This document shows, piece by piece, positions 36,945 through 50,140 of a stretch of 64,000 nt of DNA (positions within the stretch are counted from its first letter, which is position 1; each line of letters starts with the position of its first letter). A model generated the notes under the pieces. That model was not told the origin of the DNA. It ran no database searches and worked only from the letters and a program-made list of their open reading frames with translations. Made by a program: the position numbers and the translations under genes. The DNA comes from Octopus sinensis (taxonomy: Eukaryota): the NCBI RefSeq assembly GCF_006345805.1, contig NC_042998.1, positions 205,840,001 through 205,904,000 on the forward strand, read 5' to 3'.

Positions 36945-38480
36945 GATTATATTTGTAATGGGTGAAGCAGTTTGATTGATTTCTTTTTCTGTAAACCTAC
37001 ACCTTTCCTACAAATCGAACAGAGCCACCTACTTGAGTGGGGTAGGGTCCTGTCAGTTTTCTTGCTTATTAGGACCTTAGTCTTTGCTAAGTTAACCTTG
37101 AGGACGTTAGATTCCAGGTTTTGCTTCCACACCTGGATTTTTCTCTTCTAGCTCTGATATGGAATCTGCAATGAGGGCAAGATCATCAGCATATAGCAAT
37201 TCTCAGGGGCTGCCAGTCTTGAATTTTTTCTGCTACAGCCTGGAGGACAATGATGAAAAGGAGGGGACTGAGGCCTGAGCCTTTTTAGATCCCTACCTGT
37301 ACACCAGGTTCTTCACTTTTACTTGTGGTTAACTCTCACCTTACTGACAATGTCTCTGTACATGGCCTGTACAGCTTTCACCAGCCATTTGTTAATCCCT
37401 AGCCTCCTCACAGCTCACCATATCATATAGCAGGGTGCTCTATTGAAGGCTTTCTCTAGATCAACAAATACCAAGCATAATGGCTTATTCTTAGCTAAGC
37501 ACTTCTCTTGCAGTTGCCTGACTATGAAAATAGTGTCAGTAGTGCTTCTTCCCTGGACAAAGCCTAACTGCATTTTGTCTAACCTAATTCTGCTCTCCTA
37601 ATTAATTGGGCTATGACTCTCTCTCTCTAATTTCCACCACCTGGTCCAGGTGTTTGATGCCTCTATAATTGCTTCTATCTAAAGCATCACCCTTACCCTT
37701 GTAGCAGCTAACAATTATGCTGCTATGCCAGTCTCTGGGTATTACACCTTCCTGAATGACCTGATTAATTATGTGGGTGACCAGCCCATCTTTCCTTACT
37801 GAATATTTTGAGCATCGTGGCTGTGATTCTGAATGGACCAGGGGCTTTCCTAGTTTTCCTGGTCCCTCTATTGGGCTCACATGAGGGAGACTCCTTTTAT
37901 TCCATTCATTCACCACATTCAACAGTCTTGCATAGCAACTTTTGCATGTTTCTTTCTTGTCCACATCACTAAGTGCAAGCATACCATTATCCATCCACAC
38001 ACACATTTCGCTTGATTCTCAATGACACACCGTCAGGCAATCGGGAAACTTCAAGTCTCCGATCTTCATGCTGTAGGACCTTGGCAAACCTCTTCTTTTC
38101 CGCTTCTACCCTAGCTAAATAGAACTTATGTCTTTGTCACCACACCCTCTTTCCCACTTTATGGTCCTGTCAACATCACTGTTCCACCACCATGTCACAT
38201 TTGGTCCAGCAGGCACTTTGCTCCAACCACAAATTTGGTCTGTTGCCCTTAGTAGATTGTCCTGTAGGAACTTCCACTTGTCCTCTACATCATATGTCTC
38301 TAACTCTCCCTCCATCTCATTAAAGGACTCATTGAGGACCTCTCTAAATCTCTGCCCAGTTGAGGGATCCTTGAGCTTCCACAGCCTCCTTTTCCATATT
38401 GGCTTATGTCTCAGGATCTTTTTGACCTTAAGACTGGATCCACTAATCACCAGTTTATGTTGAGTTATGCATTCTTCCCT
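36945..38480 (-). mobile_element. Decayed RTE LINE, including the region upstream of RT
   Basis: WKLKDP..F, IPRDWHSSIIVSCYKGKGDALDRSNYRGIK and YADDLAL motifs on the minus strand. Confidence 0.8.
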
Positions 38481-38534
38481 TGGGAAGACTTTTGTAATGT
38501 ATATGAGGATATATATGTAATATAAATGATATTA

Positions 38535-39405
38535 TGAGGTCTGATCAATAAGTATCCGGACTGTTGCCATGGGAGCAAAGCTGAAGAACGCAGAATAAAG
38601 CTTCTTGTCAAAGATTGACCTTCAACTCTGTTGTACATTCGCACTAAGTTTTAACATTCTAGATCACTTCTGCTGTTTACAGCAGTGCTTGTAAGGAAGG
38701 TGTGTAGTGTGTGATCATCGCATTGACCATGACAAAGGAAGTTGCCATGGTGATAGCTGTTCAGAGGCCTACGCAAAGTTGCAGAAAATGTATGGAGAGA
38801 AGTGTATGAACTACACACAAGTGGTTCAGATGTTTCCAAGCTGGTCAAAAAAATTTCGATTGTGACAAACATTCTGGGAAACCCACAACCAGCAGAACTG
38901 AGAAAACATCACAGATGTGTCTGCAGCTGTGGAGGGAAATCATCGAATCACTATCCCTGAGTTATCAGAGGATGTTCAGATTAATTACGGTTCAGTTCAG
39001 TCCATTATCACTGAGGATTTTGGTATGAGACACGTATTTGCCAAGTTTGTGCCAAAACTGCTTTCAGCTGACGAAAAAGACACTTGGGTTTCAGTTGCAC
39101 AAAATCTCCTTAATTGTGTCAAGAACAATGAAAACCTTTTGAAAACTAAGCAAGTATTGCCAAGCTTTTGGCAAAATTTGATGCAAATTTTCTTCTCAAC
39201 TTTCTCTGTCATGGTCAATGCGATGATCACATGCTACACACCTTCCTTCCAAACACTGCTGTAAACAGCAAAAGTGAGCTAGAACGTTAAAGCTTAGTGT
39301 GCATGCACAGCAGAGTTGAAGGTCAATCTGTGTCAAGCAGCTTTATTCTGGGTGTTTTAGATTCATTATTATGGCAACAGTCCGGATATTATTGATCAGG
39401 CCACA
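38535..39405. mobile_element. Mariner derivative with two inverted 5' ends
   Basis: ~200-bp inverted arms (38535-38734, 39207-39405), each including the TIR and transposase ATG; the centre encodes the HTH region RHVFAKFVPKLL; no catalytic domain. Confidence 0.8.
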
Positions 39406-41359
39406 TGTATGTAACATAAATTATATTATCAACATATATATAATAGAGATAATGTTATGTATATATATATATATATTTAATAGAAATAAAATCATCATCA
39501 TCGTCATCATTTAACATCTGCTTTCCATGCTGGCATGGGTTGGATAGTTTGACTGAGGGCTGGCAAGCCAGAAGGCTGCATCAGGTTCCAATCTGATCTG
39601 GCAATGTTTCTACAGCTGGATGCCCTTCCTAACGCCAACCACTCCAAGAGTGTAGTTGGTGCTTTTTACATGCCACCAGCACAAGGGCCAGTCAGCCAGC
39701 ACTGGCAACAACCACACTCGAATGGTGCTTTTTACGTGCCACTGCCATGGGAGCCAGTCAGGTGGCACTGGCAACAATCATGCTCAGATGGTACTTTACA
39801 TCAAATTTTGGCAAAGGCCCAGTAAGTTTGGGGAGAGCGGGTAAGTCAATTACATCAACCCCAGTGCATGACTGGTACTTATTTTATCAACCCTGAATTT
39901 GAAATCAGAATGTCACTAAGTATTTCACTTGGCATGCTAACAACTCTGCCGGCTCAGCCCTTCATGTTAATGTGTATATTAACACATTAATCACTAGCAT
40001 GGACACAGGACTTCGTTTTGCCACCATAATATACTGCCAAGTACATGAAAGGTTTATAAGTCAATATTCTGTCTTAATTTTTGTATGAGCAGTATAATAT
40101 TCTCATTTTTAAGTGATAAACTATAGATTTTTTATCATTTATCACTTAAAAGTTAACATATATGTCATCAAAATGATAAATATAATAATTTCTATTGTGT
40201 CTGGGGAGAATCATTTTCTTTTTGTGCCTTATTATTTAACACACTCACCAGTAAAATTTCCACATTTTTCTTATTTTTATTGTCCTAAAATTTTCGTTGC
40301 GTCTTGAAACCTTTTCAATAGTTTTGACTCTTTATTTTAGGACAATAAAAATAAGAAAAACGTGAAGCACAAAAAGAAAATGACTCTCCCCAGACACAAT
40401 AGAATATGCTTCAACACACGAACTCATATAAAGAATCTTGCAAACCAAATCCAAAAACGATAAATAAAATAATTTCTCTTTTTCTCTTACTGCTTCCTCA
40501 ACTACAACACTGATTTCTTTTGAATAAATAAATGGGAGATATATCTGACCCTGAACAACAAAGAGTAGCCTTACTCAGGCAAGAATTGAATTCAAGAAGA
40601 AACTATATCACCCACAATGGAACTTAGAAATAGCAGCCAAATTTCCCTTGAATGACACCCAACCATCTTGAAAAGAGAGAATTACATTGGATAACTTAGT
40701 CCTAGGTACACAAGGCCAAAGAAAAGGATTGGGTAGTTTTGATTGTGGGTCTGCTGCACAGTCAGAGCAGGGCTGACCTGGGGTTAAGTAACAACTTTTT
40801 CTTGGATTTGATCTTTAAGTGTGAAATACCTTAATCACAGACAATACAACACTGTCCACTCAGCTGGCTGAATGGTATCCACTGTTGATCAAATAAACTG
40901 AGCCAGAGTTTGGGATCTTTCTCACAGGCAACTGACAACATATTAATTACTGATATGTCATTTACATGTTCATCTGTGATTATATTTTTTATTAATTAAT
41001 ATGTTTGTAAATTAATATCCTTTTATCAATATCAGGCATCATCAGACCACAACTATGTCTTTTATAGAACAATTTATTACATCACCCCCCCTCCCAAACA
41101 CACACACCACCACCACCAGGACTTAGTTTATTGATCTTGGGAGGGTGACAAGCAATTTGAGTCTGGTTAGGATTTGAACCCCTGAACATAATGGGCTGCA
41201 CCAAAAACTGTTTTTTTCCAACATGCAACAAATTGAGTCACTTATCTGTCATACATTGATAATTTTGATGATGATGACAATTATGAGATTAATGATGGTG
41301 GTGTCGATGGTGATGATATTTATTCTTATGATCTCTTTAAATGTCTTCTATTAACACAG

Positions 41360-41592
41360 GTAGAATTGTCAGTTGTAAGTGATGGCTATGTGCGTTTTGG
41401 GAACACTGTTCAAATAAAGAACTTGGGTGATCCATCTCGTATTTATTTTGGAAAACCTCGAGCGGACTGTGTGTTGTCTGCCAATTGCGATACTGACTTG
41501 GTGTTCAATGGAGGTTTGTTAGTCCCTCCTTGTAAAGTTACAGGTTCAAGACAGACTTCTCCTTGTTTACAAAACAGTTTTATAATAACCAG
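41360..41592 (+). CDS. CFAP161: CFAP161 exon 3
   Basis: acacag|VELSVVSDGYVRFGNTVQI...QNSFIIT(S)|gtaagt; matches LSVTEDGYIHYGDKV...RNTFII; phase 0-2. Confidence 0.9.
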
Positions 41593-41664
41593 GTAAGTTT
41601 TTCAAAGGATTTTCTTGTTTGAATTATACATATTTGTGCATGGAGGATGTATGTGCTACTAAGG

Positions 41665-42213
41665 TAGTCATAAGTCTACCTTGGTAGCACACTATCTGAA
41701 TTTAACATACTTGATGATTTGCCATATTCTGAACGCCTTACTTCCCTGGGCATGGATACATTGAAACTCCGAAGTCTGGCAGCTGACTTGGTAGACACCC
41801 ATAAAATTATTAACCATCTTACGAACAATAACTCTGAGCACTTTTCAAACTCCACCTGTCTAACACCCGTGGACATGTTTACAAAGTCTGAAAACAGCAC
41901 AGCTCCCATGACTTTAGGAAACACTTTTTCACGCTAAGAGTTGCTGAAGCATGGAGCAAACTGCTGGCATCAGATGTTAGTTGTCGGAGCACTGCATCCT
42001 TCAAAACTTCCAAGCTTCCTGAGATTCGCCAACACTACACCTGATTTTCTCCCCTCCATACACACGCAAGCATGGATCTGACTCATACACTGTTCACTTC
42101 CCAGACATTTGTACATCACTGCATATGCTTTATATGCACTTTTGACAAGTTGTGGGGCACTTGAGCACTGTATACAATAATTTCATTATTATTATTATTA
42201 TTATTATTATTTA
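41665..42213 (+). mobile_element. CR1-clade LINE 3' part with (ATT)n tail
   Basis: LPYSERLTSLGMDTLKLR..DL..HKI and FFTLRVAEAWSKL motifs. Confidence 0.8.
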
Positions 42214-42986
42214 TGGGTTTTTCTTCTTCTTTCAAATTTGCTTCCATTTCTTGCCGAGTGTCTTCCCGACTCCTAGGGCAAAGAAACTCATAGTATACAT
42301 TGGTAGGCCATTAACCTAAACTCACTAGTTCGTTCATTTTTTTTTTTTTTGATAGAAATAAAGTTAAATTAAAATACATGGGTAGTAATAGTTCTCACAT
42401 CGACAATGCTCTTCTCAATACGTGTGATGTACCAATTAAGACAATCTTTTGCACTTCTTGCAGGGATCATTCTCATATAATTTTCGGTTCCCTTCTTCAT
42501 CATTCCTAGTGCTCCTACGATCACTGGTATTGTAACCGCCTTGAGATGCCACATTTTCTCAATTTCAATGAGCAGGTCTTTATATTTTCTGAGCTTGTCA
42601 AATTCTTTCACCGAGATATTATGATCACAGGGGATGCTCATGTTGATCAATAAGCAAACTTTATTGTTTTGGTCTTTCACAACAATATCCAGTTTATTGG
42701 CTTTGATGGTTCGGTCTGTATGTACTGGAAAGTCCCACAGAATCGTTACATTTTCTCCTTCAGTTACAGCTTCAAGGTGGTGATTATACCACTTGTCGGC
42801 AGTTTTGATATTGTAATGCCGACTTATTAGCCAGTGGAGATATTGGCCAACTCTGTCATGTCTTAATTTATACTCCACTGGTGCTAAGACTTTACATCCA
42901 GAGATTAGGTGGTCCACTGTTTCGATCATGTCGTTGCAGAATCGGCATTTTGGGTCTGCTCTATTTTTCATCACATTGGCCTGACA
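42214..42986 (-). mobile_element. R4/Dong-like RLE-type LINE, 5'-truncated
   Basis: 201-aa ORF with CRFC..ETVDHLISGC knuckle, RHDRV, ILWDFPVHTDRTIKANKLDIVV and PVIVGALG; flanked on both sides by (TTA)n. Confidence 0.85.
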
Positions 42987-43265
42987 TTATTATTATTGTT
43001 ATTATTATCATTATTATATTATTTTTGATGAAGAAGTCAGTTATTGACTTTCTAATGCCTGTAATGCTTTTGGAAAACTTGAATCTAGGTTTTGGTTGTA
43101 ACCAGACATTGAAGCAGCAGTGAAAGTTGAGGTCTGTCAAGCGTATGTTTCAACTGCGCTGTTGTATGGGTGTGAGAAGACCTAGACAACCTACAATACC
43201 TCAAGCAATTCCACCAGCAATGCTTGCATAAAGTCCTGAAGATCTCATGGCAATCTTATGTACCT

Positions 43266-43590
43266 GATACAGGTAGAGAGGTCGGACATTTTTCAAAAAT
43301 TCACAAAATCATTAATTTTAGCTGCAAACAAATTATATTGACATCCATGTGTTTGTATTGAATTAGCATTTGTTAAAATCAAGTGTAGAAAACAACATCC
43401 ATCATGTGGTGTCCATTTTCATTGATGCCCTTTTGAAGGCATTCTTGGAAGTTGGCCTCCACTCTCTCCAACACTGCTCTGTTGATTTAGGCAGCTTCCA
43501 CGCGAATAGCTTCCTTTGAATCGTCCAATGTACAGAGACAAATCCTCCAATTGTACTTTGGCAAGAATATCTTGCTTTAGCTGTTCTTTT
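43266..43590 (-). mobile_element. Tc1/mariner transposase C-terminal relic
   Basis: LDDSKEAIRVEAA*INRAVLERVEANFQECLQKGINENGHHMMDVVFYT*. Confidence 0.6.
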
Positions 43591-43620
43591 ACCTCAGATA
43601 TACCTATTTTTTTACTACCC

Positions 43621-43839
43621 ACACGGGGCTAAACACAGAAGGGACAAACAAGGACAGACAAACGGATTAAGTTGATTATATCGACCCCAGTGCCTAACTG
43701 GTACTTATTTAACCGACCCCGAAAGGATGAAAGGCAAAGTCGACCTCGGCGGAATTTGAACTCAGAACATAGCAGCAGACGAAATACAGCTAATCATTTT
43801 GCCCGGTGTGCTAACGTTTCTGCCAGCTCCTCGCTGCCT
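43621..43839 (-). mobile_element. tRNA-derived SINE, family 1 (well preserved)
   Basis: Reverse complement of the 4211-type element with an intact ccccgaaaggatgaaagg core. Confidence 0.8.
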
Positions 43840-43849
43840 TCAGATATAC

Positions 43850-44820
43850 CTTGTTCTGTAATCTTGTATTTACGTAATATTTTTCTTCTCTTCTTGTTGC
43901 TTAGTAGTGTTGATTGTCAACTGGTTTCATTAAGAACTGACAGATCTTTTCTCTTATTTTCTCTTTCTTTCTGGTTATTATTTACCCACAGGGTTTGTTT
44001 GGGTGTTGATACTCCTGTGTGGATGGGTTTGACGGGGTATCCATCTTCTGTTGTGGCCACAGAGACTGCTGCATATATCATTTAACCTAGTCATATTGAC
44101 ATTTGTTTCTGTGGCCATTAGTTCTGTGACAGCCAGGTTCATGCTATTTATTATTGATGTTGTTTTATTATCCATTTTAATTCTCTAGAGGTACAATTGG
44201 TGGTCCATTCTGACATCTGTGGCTCTCAATTCTTTGCTTATGCTCATTTTCAGAGTATCATAATCATTAGTTCCACCTTCACTGTTTCCAGGTTTTAGAT
44301 TTCTTTCCTATTCCCGCCCATTTATATTTTTGTCAGTGCTGTTCTGCTTTGGTGCATTTTATTCATCATTATACATTCCTACGGTCTGGGTTTCTTGTCT
44401 TTTGTTGTTTACTGTGTTTTTGTTTGACTTGTTACGTCTGTGTTCGTGTTTTACAGTCCCGGTACTTATGATATCATTTGACATTGCTGTGTGGTTACCA
44501 TCTACATTTTCCTGATGTATTTTTCCTTTTAAGTGTTCTATTTCTATTTCTGATATCTTTTTGTTTTGTTTTGAGAATATATCTCCATATGTTAGCTAGT
44601 TTATCAGGCTTCAATGCTGTATCCAAATCGTTATCTAGTTTTTTTCTTCCAGATTTTATATGTATATGTTGTTCTGTTTTCATTTTGTGGGTAGAGCACT
44701 GATGAAAATAAGCATGTAGGATTGAAATATATTCCTCACATGTCCATTTATGTTTTTTTGATATTATTTGTGCAACATAAGGAATAACGTCTAGCCCTTT
44801 ATGTTGATGGTCATCATTTT
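43850..44820 (-). mobile_element. Decayed N-terminal part of an RLE-type LINE (tentative)
   Basis: IYAAVSV and KRKDLSVLNE-like segments on the minus strand; many stops. Confidence 0.4.
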
Positions 44821-44863
44821 CATAAGGTATCGGTCCATTTATTATTATTATTATTATTATTAT

Positions 44864-45357
44864 TGAGTGAGAGAGCAGTGCATGCCATCAAAGTGACACT
44901 GGAGTACAAATATATGAAGTCCAGTATACCAATCATGACTACCCGTCTGATAAGGGTACACTAGGCACATGCATCACAACCATATGTGCGCAACATGGTG
45001 ATATCATATCAAGATAAACAGCACATGACTTTGCAGGTGGGGCCCAGTTAGAATTTTCTTCTGGTCGAGTAGCCCATCCTGCTCAAAAAGGTCCCGGAAT
45101 AAGGGTTGTTTAAGGATGTTGAATGAAACACCCATGTTTCCAGAAGTAAATTATTCAAACCCCAAAGAATTCCTCTCAACACATGGCTATGATGCTCCCC
45201 CACTACTTCTGCTCGTGGTCACAGATGCACATATCGTCAGCCACTAAGGGACATGCTCAACTGGTTATGGTGAAGCAACTGACAAGCAAATCTGTGGTAT
45301 TGAGCAGAATATTTGCTGTAGCCCATCTTTAATACCAAGACAAAACAATGTACATGA
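44864..45357. mobile_element. Non-coding interspersed repeat inserted in an (ATT)n tract
   Basis: ~490-bp higher-GC block with (TTA)n runs on both sides (44838-44863, 45358-45408); family not identified. Confidence 0.55.
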
Positions 45358-45375
45358 TTATTATTATTATTATTA

Positions 45376-45409
<34 letters not shown>

Positions 45410-46134
45410 TGGCCTACAATCACAGTAGTTCTGCAAAATCCGTACCTGGACTCAAATTACATTCACACATCCATCACAAGTAGATGCAGATTCTTCTGTT
45501 TTTTTTGTTTTTTTTTCTATCATTCTCTTTAAGTCCTCTCCTTCAAACATTCATATGTTGAATCCGACAGGAGCAACCATCATCATCATCATTATTATTG
45601 GTGGTGGTGGTCATAATTATTATAGGGTTGATAAAGAGTAATTTAAAGGATAATAAGCCACTATTTCTGGCCAGTCAGCTAATTGCATAGAAGTTCCCCA
45701 CATTTAATTGTGTATATTTACCTGATTATACACAGAGCAAAACTGTGGATAGCCATTTGTTGTGGTGATTCAGTGGTAGATTCTTAAATGAGAAAAAATT
45801 ATGTCAGAAAGTTTTGGGGGTTCAAGTAGCAGCTCAGTTGATCCCACTTTGCCTTTATATATAAGTAGTGGGTGGGTGCCTGTATTCCCCAGTGGTACAA
45901 TGATATTAACCTTTTACTCTAGTAAAACTAGACTGAGGTTTCAAATCAAACCTGTTGGACTTCATTTAATGCAATTAATTTTCATTCAGTTTTCATTAAA
46001 TTCTTTCCTTTTCTTTCTCACTGCAACCATTCTATTTTTTTTTTCTTTCTCTCATAAAATAATTATTTTGCTTGTCTCAAGCAATGTTGTAAATGAAAGA
46101 AACAAAATGTAATCTTTTGAAACCAAATTTTTAG

Positions 46135-46216
46135 TGGCAACGAAAGTGATGATGGTCAGATGTTACACTACAACCAAACATTTTATCTCAGAATTCCAGA
46201 CCAAATTGGTGGACAC
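46135..46216 (+). CDS. CFAP161: CFAP161 exon 4
   Basis: ttttag|(S)GNESDDGQMLHYNQTFYLRIPDQIGGH|gtgagt; phase 2-0 fits exons 3 and 5; matches GQVLRYGQDF. Confidence 0.88.
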
Positions 46217-46757
46217 GTGAGTTTCATACAGTCTTTTGGTCTTTTATCTGTTACTTGTTTCAGTTATGCTGGGGAAACTGCTTTGAAGAATTTTAGACAA
46301 ATAAATTAATTTCTTTAAGCCTGGTACTTATTTTATCAGTCTCTTTTGCTGAACTGCAAAGTTACAGGGACATAAACACACCAATACTAGTTTCCAAGTA
46401 GTAGTGGTGGGGGACAAACACAGACAAACACACACACACATACATACAGCAGGCTTCTTTCAGATTCCATCTCCCAAATCTACTCTCAATGCTTCTTGCC
46501 ACACAGCCATGCCTGTGCCAGTGTCAATATATATATATATATATATTTTGTCTTAAGTCTTTCTCCATTCTGTGAGTATATCTTATTAAGGCTGAATTTA
46601 ACATTTTTTTTTTCTGAAAGCAATCCAGTTGGTACCAGTAGTTTATTAGAATTAATCAAATTACCAGTGTTCCATTGTTCTGTTGTGGAAAGGAGTATTT
46701 TAGGATGTTATTTTATGCTAAATGTTTGCTTCAACTTGTCCTGTTTATTATATTCAG

Positions 46758-46916
46758 CTGTATTTACAAAGTGACCGATTTGATTTCTCCAAATGTTCCC
46801 AACGTGCCCGCCACCAACAAGTCTTCCTCAGTGATCAAACAATGTATTTGGCCAAGTGGCGAGTTCTTTATTTTAACCAATTACTCAGACTTGAACATGA
46901 CTACCATCCTGTTTGT
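46758..46916 (+). CDS. CFAP161: CFAP161 exon 5
   Basis: ttcag|LYLQSDRFDFSKCSQRARHQQVFLSD...WRVLYFNQLLRLEHDYHPVC|gtaagt; matches LYLSSD...QEVYL...LRLEYEGFPVP. Confidence 0.9.
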
Positions 46917-47074
46917 GTAAGTAGCAATTATACTTTCATCATCATTCATGAAAAAGAGAAACATACACACACACATATACATACACACATGCACACACAC
47001 ACACACGCACACACACACACACATATATATACGTATGTATACATATATGTAGATATATATATCTGTATCTGTGT

Positions 47075-47500
47075 ATCATCATCATCATCATCATCATCGT
47101 TTAACGTCCGTTCTCCATGCTAGCATGGGTTGGACGGTTCGACCGGGGATCTGGGAAGCTAGAAGGCTGCACCAGGCTTCGGTCTTATCTGGCAATGTTT
47201 CTACAGCTGGATGCCCTTCCTAATGCCAACCACTCCATGAGTGTAGTGGGTGCTTTTTACGTGTATCATTATCATCGTTGTCATCATCATTTAGCATCTG
47301 CTTTCCATGCTGGCATAAGTTGGACGGTTTGACTGGAACTGGGAAAGCTGCACCGGGTTCCAGTCTGATTTTGGTGTTGGCCCTTCCTAATGCCAACCAC
47401 TCTGAGAGTGTAGTGGATGCCTTTTATGTGCCACCAACAGGGGTACTTCTATGTGTCACCGGCATGGGTGCTCAAATGTGTCACTGGCACGGGTGCTAAA
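47075..47500 (-). mobile_element. Two adjacent RTE 3' UTR fragments
   Basis: Two (CAT)n-headed copies of the family terminus. Confidence 0.75.
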
Positions 47501-49074
47501 ACGTGTCATAATTATATGAAGAATAACTAAAACAATTATTCACCCTTCTATTAAAAATATAATCCTTTTAATTAACACGACATAGTCAAAGACAGGATGG
47601 TCACAGCTTGAATACCTTTAATCAAGGATGACACCTCAGGTTAAATGACAACAAAACAACAGCCTATGTCAGGTGACCAATGTCATTGAGAAAAGGGATG
47701 AAAGTCTGGGCTTCCATTCTGTTCCTTAAGCTTCCTGCTTCCCTAAAATTGCAGAGGACCCAAGTAGGGTACCTTTCAAGAAAGAGATACACAGTCAGTG
47801 AATTATTTCCACCAGTTCTTCATTATACACAGAACATCCTTCCCTGTTCCTTTAGAGAGGGTGAGTGATAGTTACAGCCCTTTATTTCCTTTTAGGGCCT
47901 CCAAGACTGATGAGTAAATGGTGAGTTGGTTGATATATATATATATATAAAATTATGGATGGATGGGTGGATAGATGAATGGATGGATCAGAGTTGTACT
48001 ACTTACTGTGACCTGGCTAACATAACTCTTTCATAATCTCTAAATATGTAAATAGTCACCATCACCATCATCATCACCGTCATATATGTTGAGAGAGATT
48101 GGAGGTTTGTGCTCCAGCCAGTAATCTAATGAAAGGAGAGAAAGCTGATTCACGTGTGTTGGTATGAAAGTGAATTGAGTGTGAAGAATGTGAAAGAGCC
48201 TTGAGGTTTTATATCCTTTCACTCTGATGATGATGATATTAACAAGTCGTGGGTACCCCAGACAATCCCTTCTACATACACACACACTCAGTCTCAGTCA
48301 CTCATACAATCATTTGTAGATGTTATAAATGTATATTTTCTGGGAGAAATGTTTTATGTCCCACTGTACAAATGGTACAGGTGGTAGAGAGATGAGTCAA
48401 AGAGTTTGTTCTCTCACTATCTTGAGCTCTAACCATGCCAGGGAATGCATTGATTATAAACTTGTAGGGTGGATAAAGTAGATATCAATCTATTGAGAGA
48501 GATACAGGTATATCCAATGGTCTAACTGTGTGTGGTGACTCATGGAGATTATTTTCAATTCAAATTTATTGACGATATACCAATGAGAGACACATGAGCC
48601 ACTGGATGAGATGCCAGTCTATCTGGCAAATAACTCACATACACTGTTCTGATGTACACACACACACACGTTCATAGGCACAAGCGTGGCTATGTGGCGA
48701 GAAGCTTACTTTAATACTACATGGCTCTTGGTTCAGTCCTACCACATGACACCTCACTTGAGTCTCTTCTACCATATCCCAGGCCAACCAATGCCTTATG
48801 AGTGGATTTGGTTGATGAAGGAAGCTTATCATGTGTGTGTGTGAGAGAGAGAGAGATATAAAGTGATTGTCACTGTTATATAAGCAGTATCATTCATTTC
48901 TAATATTCTTCACAAACATGTCTAGTCATGGGGAAATATTACTTTGGCTGGAAAACAGGTAAGGGTTAGTGACAGGAAGAGCATCTGGCTTTAGGAAATC
49001 TGCTTCAATAAACTCCAGCTGACCCATGCTAGCATGGAAAGCAGATGCTAAATGATAATGACGATAATGATGAT

Positions 49075-50140
49075 CATCATCATTTAACGTTTACTTTCCA
49101 TGCTAGTATGGATTAGACAGTTCGACTGGAACTGGTAAGCTGGAAAGCTGCACCAAGTTTCAGTCTAATTTGGCATGGTTTCTATGACTGGATGCCCTTC
49201 CTAGTGCCAACCACTCCAAGAGTGGGTGCTTTTATGTACCACCAGCATGGATGCCAGTTACACGGCCAGAACAATTTTACTTGGATTGATGAGTCTTCTC
49301 AAGCACAGTAAATCACCAAAGGTCCCAAACACTTGTTATCACCTCCATGAGGTCCAAAATTCGAAGATCATGCTTCACCACCTCATCTCATATCTTCCTG
49401 GGTCTACCTCTGCTCACAGGTTCCCTCCACAGTTAGAGATTGGCTCTTCTTTACACAGCTGTCCTTGTCTATATGTATCACATGACCATACCAGCACAGT
49501 CATCTCTCTTGCACACCACATCTGATGCCGCTTATGTCCAACATTGCTCTCAAGATGCTCACACTCTGTCATCCATGCACACTGACATTGCACATCCAGC
49601 AAAGCATACTAGCTTCATTTCTTTCAAGCCTACATATGTCCTCAGTGGCCACAGCCCATGTTTAACTGCCGTATAGGGTAACTGTTTACACAAAGACATC
49701 TTACAGTCTGCCTTTCACTCTGAGAGAGGAGCTTTTTTTGTTACCAACAGAGGTGGGAACTCTTTGAACTTTGCCCAGCCTATTCTTATTCTAGCTGCTC
49801 TCAAAGCATCTGCCCCCATTGCTGACTTGGTCACTGAGATAACGGAAGCTATCAACTACTTCTAGGTATCCCCGCTAGATTTGATGGAGTCTATTTTCTG
49901 TACATTTTTAGTGTCAATTGTACTTGTACACTTTCTACACATAAAAACTATTTTCCCAGTTAACCTTCCTCTGATGTTGCTACACCTCTTATGTATCCAT
50001 AGCTTGCACCAGGTATGTCTCATGGAGTTTCTACCTACACTTTTTCTACATATTGAGCAGGGCCATCTACCTGAAAGGATTTGTGATTAGTCCTCTTTCC
50101 TACTTACTAACACTTTGGTTTTTGTTAAATTAGCTCTAAG
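49075..50140 (-). mobile_element. Decayed RTE LINE 3' half
   Basis: Homologous to copy A from the tail through the FRYLSDQ region. Confidence 0.8.
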
